Position numbers and translations under genes: made by a program
NCBI GenBank assembly: GCA_965533305.1
Contig: CBESWV010000001.1
Span: forward strand, 1-58,395
Origin: an uncultured bacterium
GTDB lineage: Bacteria > Acidobacteriota > Thermoanaerobaculia > Thermoanaerobaculales > Sulfomarinibacteraceae
DNA length: 58,395 nt
Direction: 5' to 3'
In this document: one piece after another, positions 40,389-49,704 of the stretch
Layout: each line of letters begins with the position of its first letter
Position numbering within the stretch: the first letter of the stretch is position 1
Notes under the pieces: model-generated
The model's database searches: none
Told to the model about the DNA's origin: nothing
Seen by the model: only the letters and a program-made list of their open reading frames with translations

Positions 40389-43300
40389 CTACAGTCTGTG
40401 GATCAACCATTCCGGCTGCGCCTCCGGCCTCGGCAGGTGGGGCATGGATTCGGTCAGACCACGAAGGAGGGCGATCATGATCGCCGACTCCGGTGTCGTG
40501 TCGATCTTCATGACAGCCGGATTTCCGTCGAGGACCAACTGGTGGGTCCTTCCCTCGAATCTGCCCTGGATCGCCGGCAGATCGTCGATGGTCAGCAGCA
40601 TGAATGCGTTGTCGAGTTCGGTCTCGAAATCCCCACGATCGAAAAAGACCCGCGGTTTATCACGCCACGGCCTTCCGATGGTCGGGCAGAAGGTCGCGCA
40701 GTTGCCGCACTCGTTGCACAGATCAGCCATCACGGCGACCTGGGGGATCTGTTCGGGAGCGGTGAAGCTGTCCCCCTGGATGCGTCTTGAATCGGAGAAT
40801 GGGGGTGACGGTTCGAGGAAATACGTCGCGATGGCGCGGTTGGGACAGACCCCGTCACAGGTGCTGCACAGGTGATCGCAGTCAAGGCAACGCGCCGCCT
40901 CGCGAGCCGCTGCATCGGGTTTGAGCGTGTCGATCACCTCGTCAAATCCCTTGTGATCGATTTCTTCACGTCGGGGAATCTCCACCCGGGGAAGACGGTG
41001 GGCCCGGCGGGCGAAGAGATCGACCAGTTCGGCTCGATCCAGCGAAACTCGGGGATCTCGACGATCACGGGAATTGACAAGCCCTTCGCGATCCATGATG
41101 GATCTCGCGATGATCTGGCCGTCGCCGCACGCATCAACGATATTCGACGGCCCGGGGTCGCGGAGATCGCCACCGGCGTAAACCCGCGGCAAAGAGGTCT
41201 CCAGCGTCTCCTCGTTGACGACCAGGTAGCCCGAAGATGAAATCCTGACGTTGCTGCCTTCGAAGACTCCGAGATCCGCCTGCTGGCCGATGGCCACGAT
41301 GAGGGTGTCGAGTCCGAGGGTAAGATCCCCGCCGGGCACCTCGACCGGACGCGGTCGTCCCGATGCATCGGGCTCCCCGAGTGCCATGACAGCGCACTCG
41401 AGGGCCTGGATCTCGCCGTTCTCAGCGAGGATTTTCCGTGGCGCGACGAGTTCGCGAATGGTGATTCCCTCGGCGAGGAGATCTTGGATTTCTTCCGGGT
41501 GGGCGGGCATCTCATCAATGGTGCGGCGGTAAAGGACTTCCACCGTTCCGTCGCTCAGCCGTCGAGCCGACCGGGCGCAGTCCATGGCGACATCACCGCC
41601 GCCGATGACAGCGACTCTCCGACCGAGCTCAACGGGCACGCCGTGACGAGCCTCCCGCAGGAAATCGAGCCCGTCCAACACGCCCGCGGCCCCTTCGTCC
41701 TCGAGCCCGAGGCGAAGCCCGCGCTGGGCGCCTGCTGCGACGACGACATACAAGAAACCATCCCGCAGAAGATCCTCGAGGCTGAGGTCACGCCCGACGG
41801 AAATGCCGTATCGCACCTCGACTCCCAGAGCCACGATGGCTTCGAGATCGCGGCGGACCGCTCCCGAGGACGTGCGGTATCCAGGGATGGTCGCCGAGAC
41901 CATTCCACCACCTTCATTCCTTGACTCGAAGAGCACGACCCGAACGCCGCCACGGGCGAGCTCGGCTGATGCTGCTAGTCCGCAGGGTCCGGCCCCGATG
42001 ACAGCCACCCCGGGAGATTTGGAATCGGAGGGCACCGGTTGGATATCGAGATGGGAGTTGTCCATGGCGAATCGTTTGATCTCACGGATCGCCAACGGCT
42101 GATCGAGGTGGGTTCGCAGACAGACCGGCTCACAGGGATGATGGCACGCTCGGCCCAGAATCGCGGGGAGGGGATTGTCCTGCGCAATGATCGCCGCCGC
42201 CCCGTCGACATCACCAGCGGCCACCCGACGCATATAGCCGGGTACCTGCTGGTTCACGCTGCAGGCGTCGGTACACGGCGCTTCAATGCAATCGAAGAAC
42301 CCGAGGGATCGGCCGGTCTTGGTGTGCTGTCGCCGGTAGCTGCCGTACACGAGTTCGGGATCGTCCCGCAGGCTGTCGGCGTAGATCTCGAGGTTGTGCC
42401 TGGCCGCATCGTGGACGCTTTGTGTGTCACCGGCGGTTGTGATGATGAGTTCATCAAGACCGGCGGCGCCGGTGCGATCGAGGGCGGTATCGATTTCCTC
42501 GAGATACTGTCCGAGCCTGAGATATCCTCCCGGGCGCAGAAGATCAGAACAGGTCGTGATCGGTCTCAGCCCGGAAGCGAGGAGAGCCGGAGTGTTGAAT
42601 GCGTCAGCTCCGCCGGCAAAAGAGATGTCGAGTTTCTCCTCGGCGTCATCGCCGAGACGCCGGGCGAGTTCAACCGCAAGGGCGTGCAGGGGACGTCCCG
42701 AAAGATAGGCCGTGGCCTCGGTGGTCGAGAACTCGGGGCACCTGTTGGCGACCGGCAGCGTATTGCAGAGCTTGATGCCGAATCCGAGTCCTCGCTCATC
42801 ACCGAATCGCTGCAGACGGTCGATGAGAGCGATGGCATCGGGATACCCGATATCGGTGTCGAAGGCCGGTCGATGGGGTTCGACCTTGGTCCAGTGGAGT
42901 TGATCGACGAGGATTTCTCTCACCGCCTCGTATCCGAGCAGCGTGGGGTTGAGCTTGACCGCAGTGTGGAGGCCCCAGGATTCGAGGAGGTGCTTGGCGA
43001 TGGCGCCGATCTCCTCGGGTGGGCATCCGTGGAGGGTGGACAGGGTCACGCTGTCGGCGATTCTGCCGGGGACTTCGAGATCGAGAACACAGGGAAACGC
43101 TTGAGCGACCTCGGTCACGCAGCACTCGAGTTCCTCGCCCGGATGGGTCATGTGTTCGAGATACCAACGCATGTTCCGCTGTTGTAAGCCATCGAGGTCG
43201 TAACCGACGCTGAGGTCGAAGAGAACGCCTGGGTCGTTACCCTCGAATCCGAGTTCGGCGTGCAGCGTGTGGATCAGGACCCACGCGGTGAGGTATTCGC

Positions 43301-43664
43301 TGAAGGACTCTCGGACCGTCAGCTCCTGTGACCACTCGATGTTGTAGCCCTCGTCCTGCATGTCGATGCACGGCTTCGACACCTCGATCCGGTCGAGGGT
43401 CTGAACCGTCTTGAGTTCGATGACCCGAGCTCCGCATAGCCACGCGACGACGATGTTCTGCGCCAATTGGGTATGGGGACCGGCGGCGACTCCGATTGGT
43501 GTCTGCAGCCTCGTGCCGCGAAGGTCGAAGGTGAATCGGTCGGTGGCCCGCGGTTTGAACCAGAGTTCGCGGGGGATGCCGAAAACCGAACCGGCGTCGT
43601 CAATTTCACGGGCGATCCACGCGGCGAGGCGCTTCGCTCCGAGCGGATGAAAACGATCGCTCAT
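40389..43664 (-). CDS. ygfK: YgfK-type multidomain Fe-S flavoprotein oxidoreductase (DHODH/DPD-like TIM barrel + GltD-like FAD/NAD(P) module + 2x[4Fe-4S])
   Basis: N-terminal dihydroorotate/dihydropyrimidine dehydrogenase-like domain. A Cys-rich GltD N-terminal segment. VIGAGPCGLAAS and VIGGGDVAMDCARS dinucleotide folds. C-terminal CLDCDHLCSTCDGVCP and CNECGNCATFCP. The ATG at 43664 (MSDRF) with a GAGGA RBS is preferred over 43697. Confidence 0.8.
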   Translation of the reverse strand: MSDRFHPLGAKRLAAWIAREIDDAGSVFGIPRELWFKPRATDRFTFDLRGTRLQTPIGVAAGPHTQLAQNIVVAWLCGARVIELKTVQTLDRIEVSKPCIDMQDEGYNIEWSQELTVRESFSEYLTAWVLIHTLHAELGFEGNDPGVLFDLSVGYDLDGLQQRNMRWYLEHMTHPGEELECCVTEVAQAFPCVLDLEVPGRIADSVTLSTLHGCPPEEIGAIAKHLLESWGLHTAVKLNPTLLGYEAVREILVDQLHWTKVEPHRPAFDTDIGYPDAIALIDRLQRFGDERGLGFGIKLCNTLPVANRCPEFSTTEATAYLSGRPLHALAVELARRLGDDAEEKLDISFAGGADAFNTPALLASGLRPITTCSDLLRPGGYLRLGQYLEEIDTALDRTGAAGLDELIITTAGDTQSVHDAARHNLEIYADSLRDDPELVYGSYRRQHTKTGRSLGFFDCIEAPCTDACSVNQQVPGYMRRVAAGDVDGAAAIIAQDNPLPAILGRACHHPCEPVCLRTHLDQPLAIREIKRFAMDNSHLDIQPVPSDSKSPGVAVIGAGPCGLAASAELARGGVRVVLFESRNEGGGMVSATIPGYRTSSGAVRRDLEAIVALGVEVRYGISVGRDLSLEDLLRDGFLYVVVAAGAQRGLRLGLEDEGAAGVLDGLDFLREARHGVPVELGRRVAVIGGGDVAMDCARSARRLSDGTVEVLYRRTIDEMPAHPEEIQDLLAEGITIRELVAPRKILAENGEIQALECAVMALGEPDASGRPRPVEVPGGDLTLGLDTLIVAIGQQADLGVFEGSNVRISSSGYLVVNEETLETSLPRVYAGGDLRDPGPSNIVDACGDGQIIARSIMDREGLVNSRDRRDPRVSLDRAELVDLFARRAHRLPRVEIPRREEIDHKGFDEVIDTLKPDAAAREAARCLDCDHLCSTCDGVCPNRAIATYFLEPSPPFSDSRRIQGDSFTAPEQIPQVAVMADLCNECGNCATFCPTIGRPWRDKPRVFFDRGDFETELDNAFMLLTIDDLPAIQGRFEGRTHQLVLDGNPAVMKIDTTPESAIMIALLRGLTESMPHLPRPEAQPEWLIHRL

Positions 43665-43693
43665 GATCCTCGTTTGAATCGCCGGGACACGCC

Positions 43694-44848
43694 TCAACGC
43701 CTCCCGCTCTTGTCGTGGTACATGAGGTGATCGGCCCGAACCATCGCCGCCGATGGATCCCCGCCGGATTCGAGTTCGGTCACGCCGACGGCGAGCGAGA
43801 CGGCTGGTTTCTTGTTGTCCGAGGCACCCATGAGCGACCTGATTCGCTCGATTCTCGGGCCGACGCTCTTCTGAACCATTTCGGGTGCGATGACGAGAAA
43901 CTCATCGCCGCCATAGCGCATGACGATATCCTGCGGCCGAAAGGCCTCGACAAGCAGGTGCGCCAGTCGTTGCAGGACCGCGTCACCGATGGGATGACCA
44001 AAGCGGTCGTTGATCATTTTGAAATTGTTGATATCGATAAAGATCAGCGCCGCGCCCGTCGAGGTCGCCCGATCCATGAAAGGTCGCAACGCCCGCCGAT
44101 TGGCAAGCCCGGTCAGTGGGTCGGTGTCCACCATCTGGCTCAAACGATCCTGCGACTCGAGCAGTTCCCGATTGGCGTAACGCAGCTGGTCCTCGCTTCT
44201 GTCCGCAACCGCGGCGAGACAACTCAACGCGAGGATGAGCTCGAGCCAGGCGTCCATGAAGGACGTGAGGTGCAGGAAAGGGAACAGAACCGGCTTGTCG
44301 ATAAGAGTCGGAGCCATGGCGATCGCATAGAAGAGAAAAACCGAGCTCTGGAGCACGAATGCCCACCCGAGCCAGCGGGAGACCTGGGACCTGGGCCTGC
44401 GGAGAACGATCCACCCGCCCGCGGCAAAGAGGACCGCGACCATGACGCTTTGGGCGAACTGGGCCACCACAAGTTGTCTCGCCACCGCGGCGACCGAAAT
44501 GCTCCACACGCCAATGAGAACCGCCAGAGGAGCGGGACGAATACGCGGTTCGGCTCCGGGTCGGACGTGATTTCTTGCACCCGAGACCATGAACACCGCA
44601 AATGCTGTTTTGCCGGCGAGATAGAGAAAGAGGGTCAGGCGGAGGGGCATCCCTCCACCGCCGTACAACGAACTGTAAAGCACCGCGCCGAGGGCGACGG
44701 CATCGGAGAACCACGCCGCCGACCACAGCCGCACTTCTTCGAGGCGCACGGTTTTCCTCAGCAGCAGGAAGTAGACCAACAGCGTGGTGACCACCGAGAA
44801 CTGTACGGCGATGGAGAGTTTGGCGGCTATGGCGGTTTCGGGTGACAT
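43694..44848 (-). CDS. Membrane-bound diguanylate cyclase (GGDEF domain)
   Basis: About 6-7 predicted TM helices, then a GGDEF domain (IDINNFKMINDRFGHPIGD, RYGGDEFLV). Confidence 0.85.
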   Translation of the reverse strand: MSPETAIAAKLSIAVQFSVVTTLLVYFLLLRKTVRLEEVRLWSAAWFSDAVALGAVLYSSLYGGGGMPLRLTLFLYLAGKTAFAVFMVSGARNHVRPGAEPRIRPAPLAVLIGVWSISVAAVARQLVVAQFAQSVMVAVLFAAGGWIVLRRPRSQVSRWLGWAFVLQSSVFLFYAIAMAPTLIDKPVLFPFLHLTSFMDAWLELILALSCLAAVADRSEDQLRYANRELLESQDRLSQMVDTDPLTGLANRRALRPFMDRATSTGAALIFIDINNFKMINDRFGHPIGDAVLQRLAHLLVEAFRPQDIVMRYGGDEFLVIAPEMVQKSVGPRIERIRSLMGASDNKKPAVSLAVGVTELESGGDPSAAMVRADHLMYHDKSGRR

Positions 44849-44943
44849 CTTTCGCCGTCAACTATACCTCTGCGGTGGATTCGAATCAGAAAGAGCGGTG
44901 GAAAAGGCTACACTTCATGCCTACCGAATCCCGGGGGTGACTG

Positions 44944-46044
44944 ATGTCTGGCACAATTCGACGTATTGCGATCAATACCGGGGGAGGGGATGCGCCGGGA
45001 CTCAACGCCGTCATCCGGGCGGCAGTGTTGTCTGCCGTCGAGCGGGGATGGGACGTGCTCGGAATCCGGCGCGGCTACACGGGGCTGCTGGACACCAGCA
45101 AAATCATGCAGCTCGATCCTGATGCCGTACGCGGCATTACCCACACCGGGGGCACCATTCTCGGCACCACCAACAAGGGCAATCCGTTCGAGTTTCCGGT
45201 CACCCTCCCGGGACAGGCGACCACTCTCGTCGACCGGTCGGACGAAGTTGTCGAGAACTACCACCGTCTGGGGATCGACGCGCTCATTGCCATCGGCGGT
45301 GATGGCTCCATGCGGATCGCCAGCCGTTTTGCCGCCAAGGGGATCCGGGTTGTCGGCGTCCCCAAGACCATCGATAACGATCTCACCGGCACGGTCGTGA
45401 CCTTCGGCTTCGACACCGCGGTCACCGTCGCCACCGAGGCGATCGACCGGCTGCACTCCACCGCCGAGGCCCACGAACGGGTGATGGTGGTCGAGGTCAT
45501 GGGCCGGTACGCCGGGTGGATCGCTCTGCATTCCGGCGTCGCCTCGACCGCCGATGTGATCCTGATCCCGGAGATCCCGTTCGACATCGATTTGGTGTGC
45601 GACAAGATCTCCGACCGCGAGGGCCACGGCCGCCGGTTCTCGATCGTGGTGGTTGCCGAGGGCGCCCGCGCCAAGGATGGTGGAACGATCATCATGAAGG
45701 AAGAGCTCGGGCGCGAGGTTCGGCTTGGTGGGATCGCGGAGAAGGTGGCGAACCAAATCGAGGAGCGCACCGGAAAGGAGACCCGGACCGTTGTGCTCGG
45801 TCACATCCAGCGCGGTGGACGCCCAACCACCTTCGACCGGCTCCTCGCCCTCAGGTTCGGGGCTGCGGCGGTTCGACTCATCGAGAAGGGGACCTTCAAC
45901 CACATGGTGGCCCTCGATCCGCCGCGGGTGCTGGCGGTCCCACTGGAGGTGGCCACCAGCCGGATGAAGACCGTGCCGATCGATTGCGACACCGTCCTCA
46001 CCGCCAGAGACGTAGGGACCTCGTTCGGCGACCGGCCGGCGTGA
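44944..46044 (+). CDS. pfk: 6-phosphofructokinase (phosphoryl donor not resolved)
   Basis: Motifs: NTGGGDAPGLNA, IGGDGS, GVPKTIDNDL, MGRYAGW. Gly in GGDG combined with Lys in PKTIDND is a mixed ATP/PPi signature. Confidence 0.9.
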   Translation: MSGTIRRIAINTGGGDAPGLNAVIRAAVLSAVERGWDVLGIRRGYTGLLDTSKIMQLDPDAVRGITHTGGTILGTTNKGNPFEFPVTLPGQATTLVDRSDEVVENYHRLGIDALIAIGGDGSMRIASRFAAKGIRVVGVPKTIDNDLTGTVVTFGFDTAVTVATEAIDRLHSTAEAHERVMVVEVMGRYAGWIALHSGVASTADVILIPEIPFDIDLVCDKISDREGHGRRFSIVVVAEGARAKDGGTIIMKEELGREVRLGGIAEKVANQIEERTGKETRTVVLGHIQRGGRPTTFDRLLALRFGAAAVRLIEKGTFNHMVALDPPRVLAVPLEVATSRMKTVPIDCDTVLTARDVGTSFGDRPA

Positions 46045-46137
46045 GCGGAAGGGGAAGAGGTGAGGTTTTGACGTAAGACGTCTAACCCTCTCACGTCTCA
46101 CCTCCTTACCCTCCGAGAATGCTAGACTTACCCGGCG

Positions 46138-46476
46138 ATGATCGTCTCAGCCTGGTACGACGGACACAGCACCTACGGGGTGCGCATTCTCGACCGGGAA
46201 GTGAGCCTCTGGTTCAGACCCGAGTGGGAGACGGTGGAGATTTGTCTGCCGGACCGTGCCGAACCCGTCGAAATACCCCTCACCGAAAGTTTTTGGCACG
46301 GGTCACCCGAACTCCGTTCACCTCGGATCAAAGAATTCTTGATCCGCTACGATCTGGTTGGTTGGCCAAAGAAGCATCCGCCACAATTCGAACTCGAACC
46401 CCTCGGAGGAGGCGTTTTTCGGCTCAATTGGCTGACGAGGGTTGAGGGACAACGAGCACTCCCGCTCGACGTCTGA
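46138..46476 (+). CDS. Hypothetical small protein (112 aa)
   Basis: Clean ORF of non-repetitive, globular-looking sequence. No RBS. A TAGACT -10-like hexamer lies 9 nt upstream of the ATG. No family recognised. Confidence 0.45.
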   Translation: MIVSAWYDGHSTYGVRILDREVSLWFRPEWETVEICLPDRAEPVEIPLTESFWHGSPELRSPRIKEFLIRYDLVGWPKKHPPQFELEPLGGGVFRLNWLTRVEGQRALPLDV

Positions 46477-46501
46477 TCGTCGTCGGCCGGGTCGGCCCAG
46501 C

Positions 46502-47347
46502 TCAGTGTCGTTGGAGATCCACCGGCGCCACCATCCGACCGTCCAGACTTCTGCTGTCGGTCACTGATCCATAGACGACGAGCGGACCATCGACAACCAC
46601 CTCGAGATCAAAGCTCTCGGGCTCGAAACAGCCCTCAAAGGGACGACCCATCGGCGCGAGGCTGAACTGCTTCCACCGTCCCGCCTCGATCACGAACTGA
46701 TGGGGAAGGGCGACGGCACGGTTGTTGATCCTGATGGCGCGTTGGGGCTCTTTGGGTAGGTACAACGCAACTGTGACCGGTTCGACTCCGGGGTTGGCAA
46801 AGCCGACATCGGTGGTGAAAGCGGGTTCGCCGCAGGGATTTCGGTGCCATAGCAGGGCTGGGAGCAGAAGGGTGGTCGGTCCGGAAAGCTCGCTCACGCG
46901 AACCGCACCCACCGACTGTCCTTCACCGGAAAGAACGCCCGTGGGTGTTGCCTCGCCGGCATCGAGATGGCGTACCAACCGAGCGGTGACCCGAACCGGG
47001 CCATCGGCGTGGAGCTTGAGGGCGCCCAGGACTTCATCCGCACACCCGAGATCCGTGGCGAGACCCGACGCGGTCCAGAGCACCGCTGACTGAGGAGGAA
47101 CAACGCGGGTCGGCGACATGAACTGGCCGCAGGGGGTGGGTCGACTGACCCTCCCGGGCAGCAGTTCGGCGATGGCCACCGACACCGGATCCAGGGTCGG
47201 GTTAACGAGATACACCTCGGTCGACCAGCGCGAGCCGTCGGGATTCTCGGCGTTGAGGGCAAAGACGGGGAGAATGAGTTCCTCAGCCAGTCCAATCACC
47301 GGCATCACAAACAAAATCAGGGTCAGTACGAGGATTCGAATCGCCAT
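46502..47347 (-). CDS. Hypothetical secreted protein with two related beta-rich halves
   Basis: ATG 47347 gives a signal peptide (MAIRILVLTLILFVMPVIGLA). Two similar segments are present (WSTEVYLVNPTLDPVSVAI and FTTDVGFANPGVEPVTVALYL). The longer track start at 47512 is rejected. Confidence 0.55.
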   Translation of the reverse strand: MAIRILVLTLILFVMPVIGLAEELILPVFALNAENPDGSRWSTEVYLVNPTLDPVSVAIAELLPGRVSRPTPCGQFMSPTRVVPPQSAVLWTASGLATDLGCADEVLGALKLHADGPVRVTARLVRHLDAGEATPTGVLSGEGQSVGAVRVSELSGPTTLLLPALLWHRNPCGEPAFTTDVGFANPGVEPVTVALYLPKEPQRAIRINNRAVALPHQFVIEAGRWKQFSLAPMGRPFEGCFEPESFDLEVVVDGPLVVYGSVTDSRSLDGRMVAPVDLQRH

Positions 47348-47469
47348 GTCACTCCAATGGGTTGGCGGCGTCAGACGCACCGCTCCCTGCACTCTACTAC
47401 GGAAGCCGCCGCAGATGTGTTGGTACACTCTCGAAGATGGCGCCCGGTCTCGGCGCTTCAGGAGGTCCC

Positions 47470-48312
47470 ATGGCACTACCGAGCGGCGCATACGCTCCGA
47501 TCCCGACACCACTGGATGCCGGAGGTTTGCTGGATCCGGTCGCCCTGGATCGTCATCTCGGATTTCTTGCCGATGAGGGACTCGACGGGGCCTTGATCAT
47601 GGGGACCAACGGTGAGTTCCCATCGTTTGAAGTCAGTGAACGATTGGCCTTGGCTGAGGCCGCCGCCCGGTTCGCGCACGGATTGTCGCTGATGCTCGGC
47701 GTCGGCTCGAGCGCGCTGCCGGAGGCGATTCAGCTTGTCCAGGCAGCTCGGCATTTCGGCTACTCGTCGGTGTTGCTTCCACCGCCGTTCTACTTCCGCT
47801 CAGCACCGATCGAGGGCTTGGTCGCGTTCTTCCGAATGGTCCTCGACTCCGCCGAGATCCCGGTCTTGCTCTACCACATTCCGCAGGTGACCGGGATCGA
47901 GATTTCGGATGCGATCCTCGACGGGGTCGCCGACCATCCCCGCTACGGTGGGGTCAAGGACAGTTCCGGCAAGCTCGATGAGATCGACAGATTCACCTCC
48001 AGGCCCGGTGATCGCTCGTACATGGTCGGGCACGATCGGCTTTTATCGACGGCGCGAGCTGCCGGGGGAAGTGGCAGCATCACCGCCTCGGCCAGCGTGG
48101 TTCCGGCGCTCGTAGCGGCAGCCCAACAGAATTCCGAACGACAGCCCGACCTCGATGTTGTCAGAGATCTCCTCGAGAAGTACGGCCTCGGTCCTGCGGT
48201 CAAGGCGATCCTTCGGAACAAGGGCTTCGGCGATTTCCGAACCCGACCACCACTGCTCGATCTCGACGACGAATCCGCCGACCGACTCATCGAGGAGTTC
48301 AAAACACTCTGA
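47470..48312 (+). CDS. DapA/NAL-family class I aldolase (dihydrodipicolinate synthase-like lyase)
   Basis: GGAGG RBS then ATG 47470. Motifs: GALIMGTNGEF, LLYHIPQVTG, Schiff-base Lys context GGVKDSSG. Confidence 0.8.
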   Translation: MALPSGAYAPIPTPLDAGGLLDPVALDRHLGFLADEGLDGALIMGTNGEFPSFEVSERLALAEAAARFAHGLSLMLGVGSSALPEAIQLVQAARHFGYSSVLLPPPFYFRSAPIEGLVAFFRMVLDSAEIPVLLYHIPQVTGIEISDAILDGVADHPRYGGVKDSSGKLDEIDRFTSRPGDRSYMVGHDRLLSTARAAGGSGSITASASVVPALVAAAQQNSERQPDLDVVRDLLEKYGLGPAVKAILRNKGFGDFRTRPPLLDLDDESADRLIEEFKTL

Positions 48313-48427
48313 GCTGCCGGGGGGAGTAGTCGCAAAATGGGCTGAAGTTTTCAACGACAGGACCATTCCCAAGCTCATCATCCCTTGGCTCGTCGAGAGT
48401 GAGGTCTCCTGGCCAAGAACCCATCAC

Positions 48428-48668
48428 AGTTTTACCGCAAAGACCGCGATGATCGCAAAGACCATCGCAAAGGACATCGCATGATTGAGCCATCGCACCA
48501 TCGCGGGAGCTCATCGAGGGTCGAGCACTCAGGTTCGCTGAAACGAATCACTCAGAGAGGTCTTTCTTCAAGCCGGATGCCACCATCCGACTCCTGTTGC
48601 GATGACTTCTTGAAATGGTCTCTTTGCGATGGCCATAGCGGTCGTAGCGTTCTTTGCGGTGAAACTGC
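48428..48668. repeat. Long imperfect inverted-repeat element, copy D
   Basis: Arms at about 48428-48505 and 48596-48668 are built from CGCAAAG units. 48451-48483 (gatcgcaaagaccatcgcaaaggacatcgcatg) is identical to the reverse complement of 19823-19855. Confidence 0.9.
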
Positions 48669-48703
48669 AGTGGGAATGTGCGATGACACTCTGGCGCAGC
48701 CCT

Positions 48704-49684
48704 CTAACCGATGGTCAATACGACCTTGCCGAAGGCTTCTCCCGAGGCCAACCGTCGGTGGGCATCCGCAACACGATTCATTGGGAAAACGCTGTCGATG
48801 ACCGGCCGGAGTCTTCCGGCCTGCAGGGCATCGCCGAATCGGTCGAGGAACGAACTCACGATCTCGGCCTTGCGCTCGAGGCTGAGCGCCCGCAGGGTCG
48901 ATCCGATGATCCGAATCCGTTTTGACAGCAACCGGCGCAGATCGAGGTCGCCCGTCATTCCGCCCATGAGACCGATCACCACCAGCCGCCCCTCGGTTGT
49001 CAGCACCTTCAGATTCTTCTCCAGATACGGTCCGCCGATACAGTCGAGAACGACATCGACCCCGCGCGTCTCGGTGGCTTCCAGGCAAACGCTCTCGAAA
49101 TCCCGGTCGCGGTAGTTGAGGGCGAGATCGGCGCCGAGTTCGGTGCAGCGACGACAGCGGTCATCGGAGCCGGCCGTCACGAAGACGCGTGCTCCTGCAT
49201 TCTTCACGAGTTGAATCGCCGCGGTTCCGACTCCGCCCGATCCGCCGTGGACGAGGGCCGTTCCGCCGGTTTTCAACCCACCGAGCATGAAGAGGTTGAG
49301 ATACGCCGTGAGATAGACCTCCGGGAACGCGCCGGCCTCCTGATCAGAAAAGACCTCCGGCACCGGGAGCAGTGATCCCCGATCGATTACCGCCTCCTGA
49401 GCCTGGCCCCCCCCGGCGACGAGCGCCATGACACGGCCGCCCGCCTCGAGACTGGTCACTTCAGAGCCGAGTTCAGTGATCGATCCCGAACACTCGAGTC
49501 CGAGGATGTCCGAAATTCCGGGAGGTGGAGGATACAGACCACGGCGTTGCAGGAGATCTGCGCGGTTGAGCCCCGCCGCACCGACCGCCATTCGAATCGA
49601 ACCTGATCTCAGCTCCGGAGAGACACGATCTTCAATCCGAAGCACACTTTCGTCACCATGATCGCTGCAAACCACGCTTTTCAT
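48704..49684 (-). CDS. qor: NADPH:quinone oxidoreductase (zeta-crystallin-type MDR)
   Basis: ATG 49684 (MKSVVCSDHG). Motifs: GLNRADLLQRRGLYPPPPG, ALVHGGSGGVGTAAIQL. The 5' part of the track ORF (49685-51193) is antisense to two real genes and is rejected. Confidence 0.85.
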   Translation of the reverse strand: MKSVVCSDHGDESVLRIEDRVSPELRSGSIRMAVGAAGLNRADLLQRRGLYPPPPGISDILGLECSGSITELGSEVTSLEAGGRVMALVAGGGQAQEAVIDRGSLLPVPEVFSDQEAGAFPEVYLTAYLNLFMLGGLKTGGTALVHGGSGGVGTAAIQLVKNAGARVFVTAGSDDRCRRCTELGADLALNYRDRDFESVCLEATETRGVDVVLDCIGGPYLEKNLKVLTTEGRLVVIGLMGGMTGDLDLRRLLSKRIRIIGSTLRALSLERKAEIVSSFLDRFGDALQAGRLRPVIDSVFPMNRVADAHRRLASGEAFGKVVLTIG

Positions 49685-49704
49685 ACACGGAGCATAGCCC
49701 AGGT

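Noticed and set aside
37510-43664. In-frame TGA (selenocysteine) codons or SECIS-like hairpins in the ygfK-ssnA region, given the family link to selenium metabolism
   Set aside because: All three ORFs are continuous with ordinary stops, and I saw no interrupted frame that a UGA read-through would repair.
44908-46101. 397-aa minus-strand ORF
   Set aside because: It is antisense to pfk.
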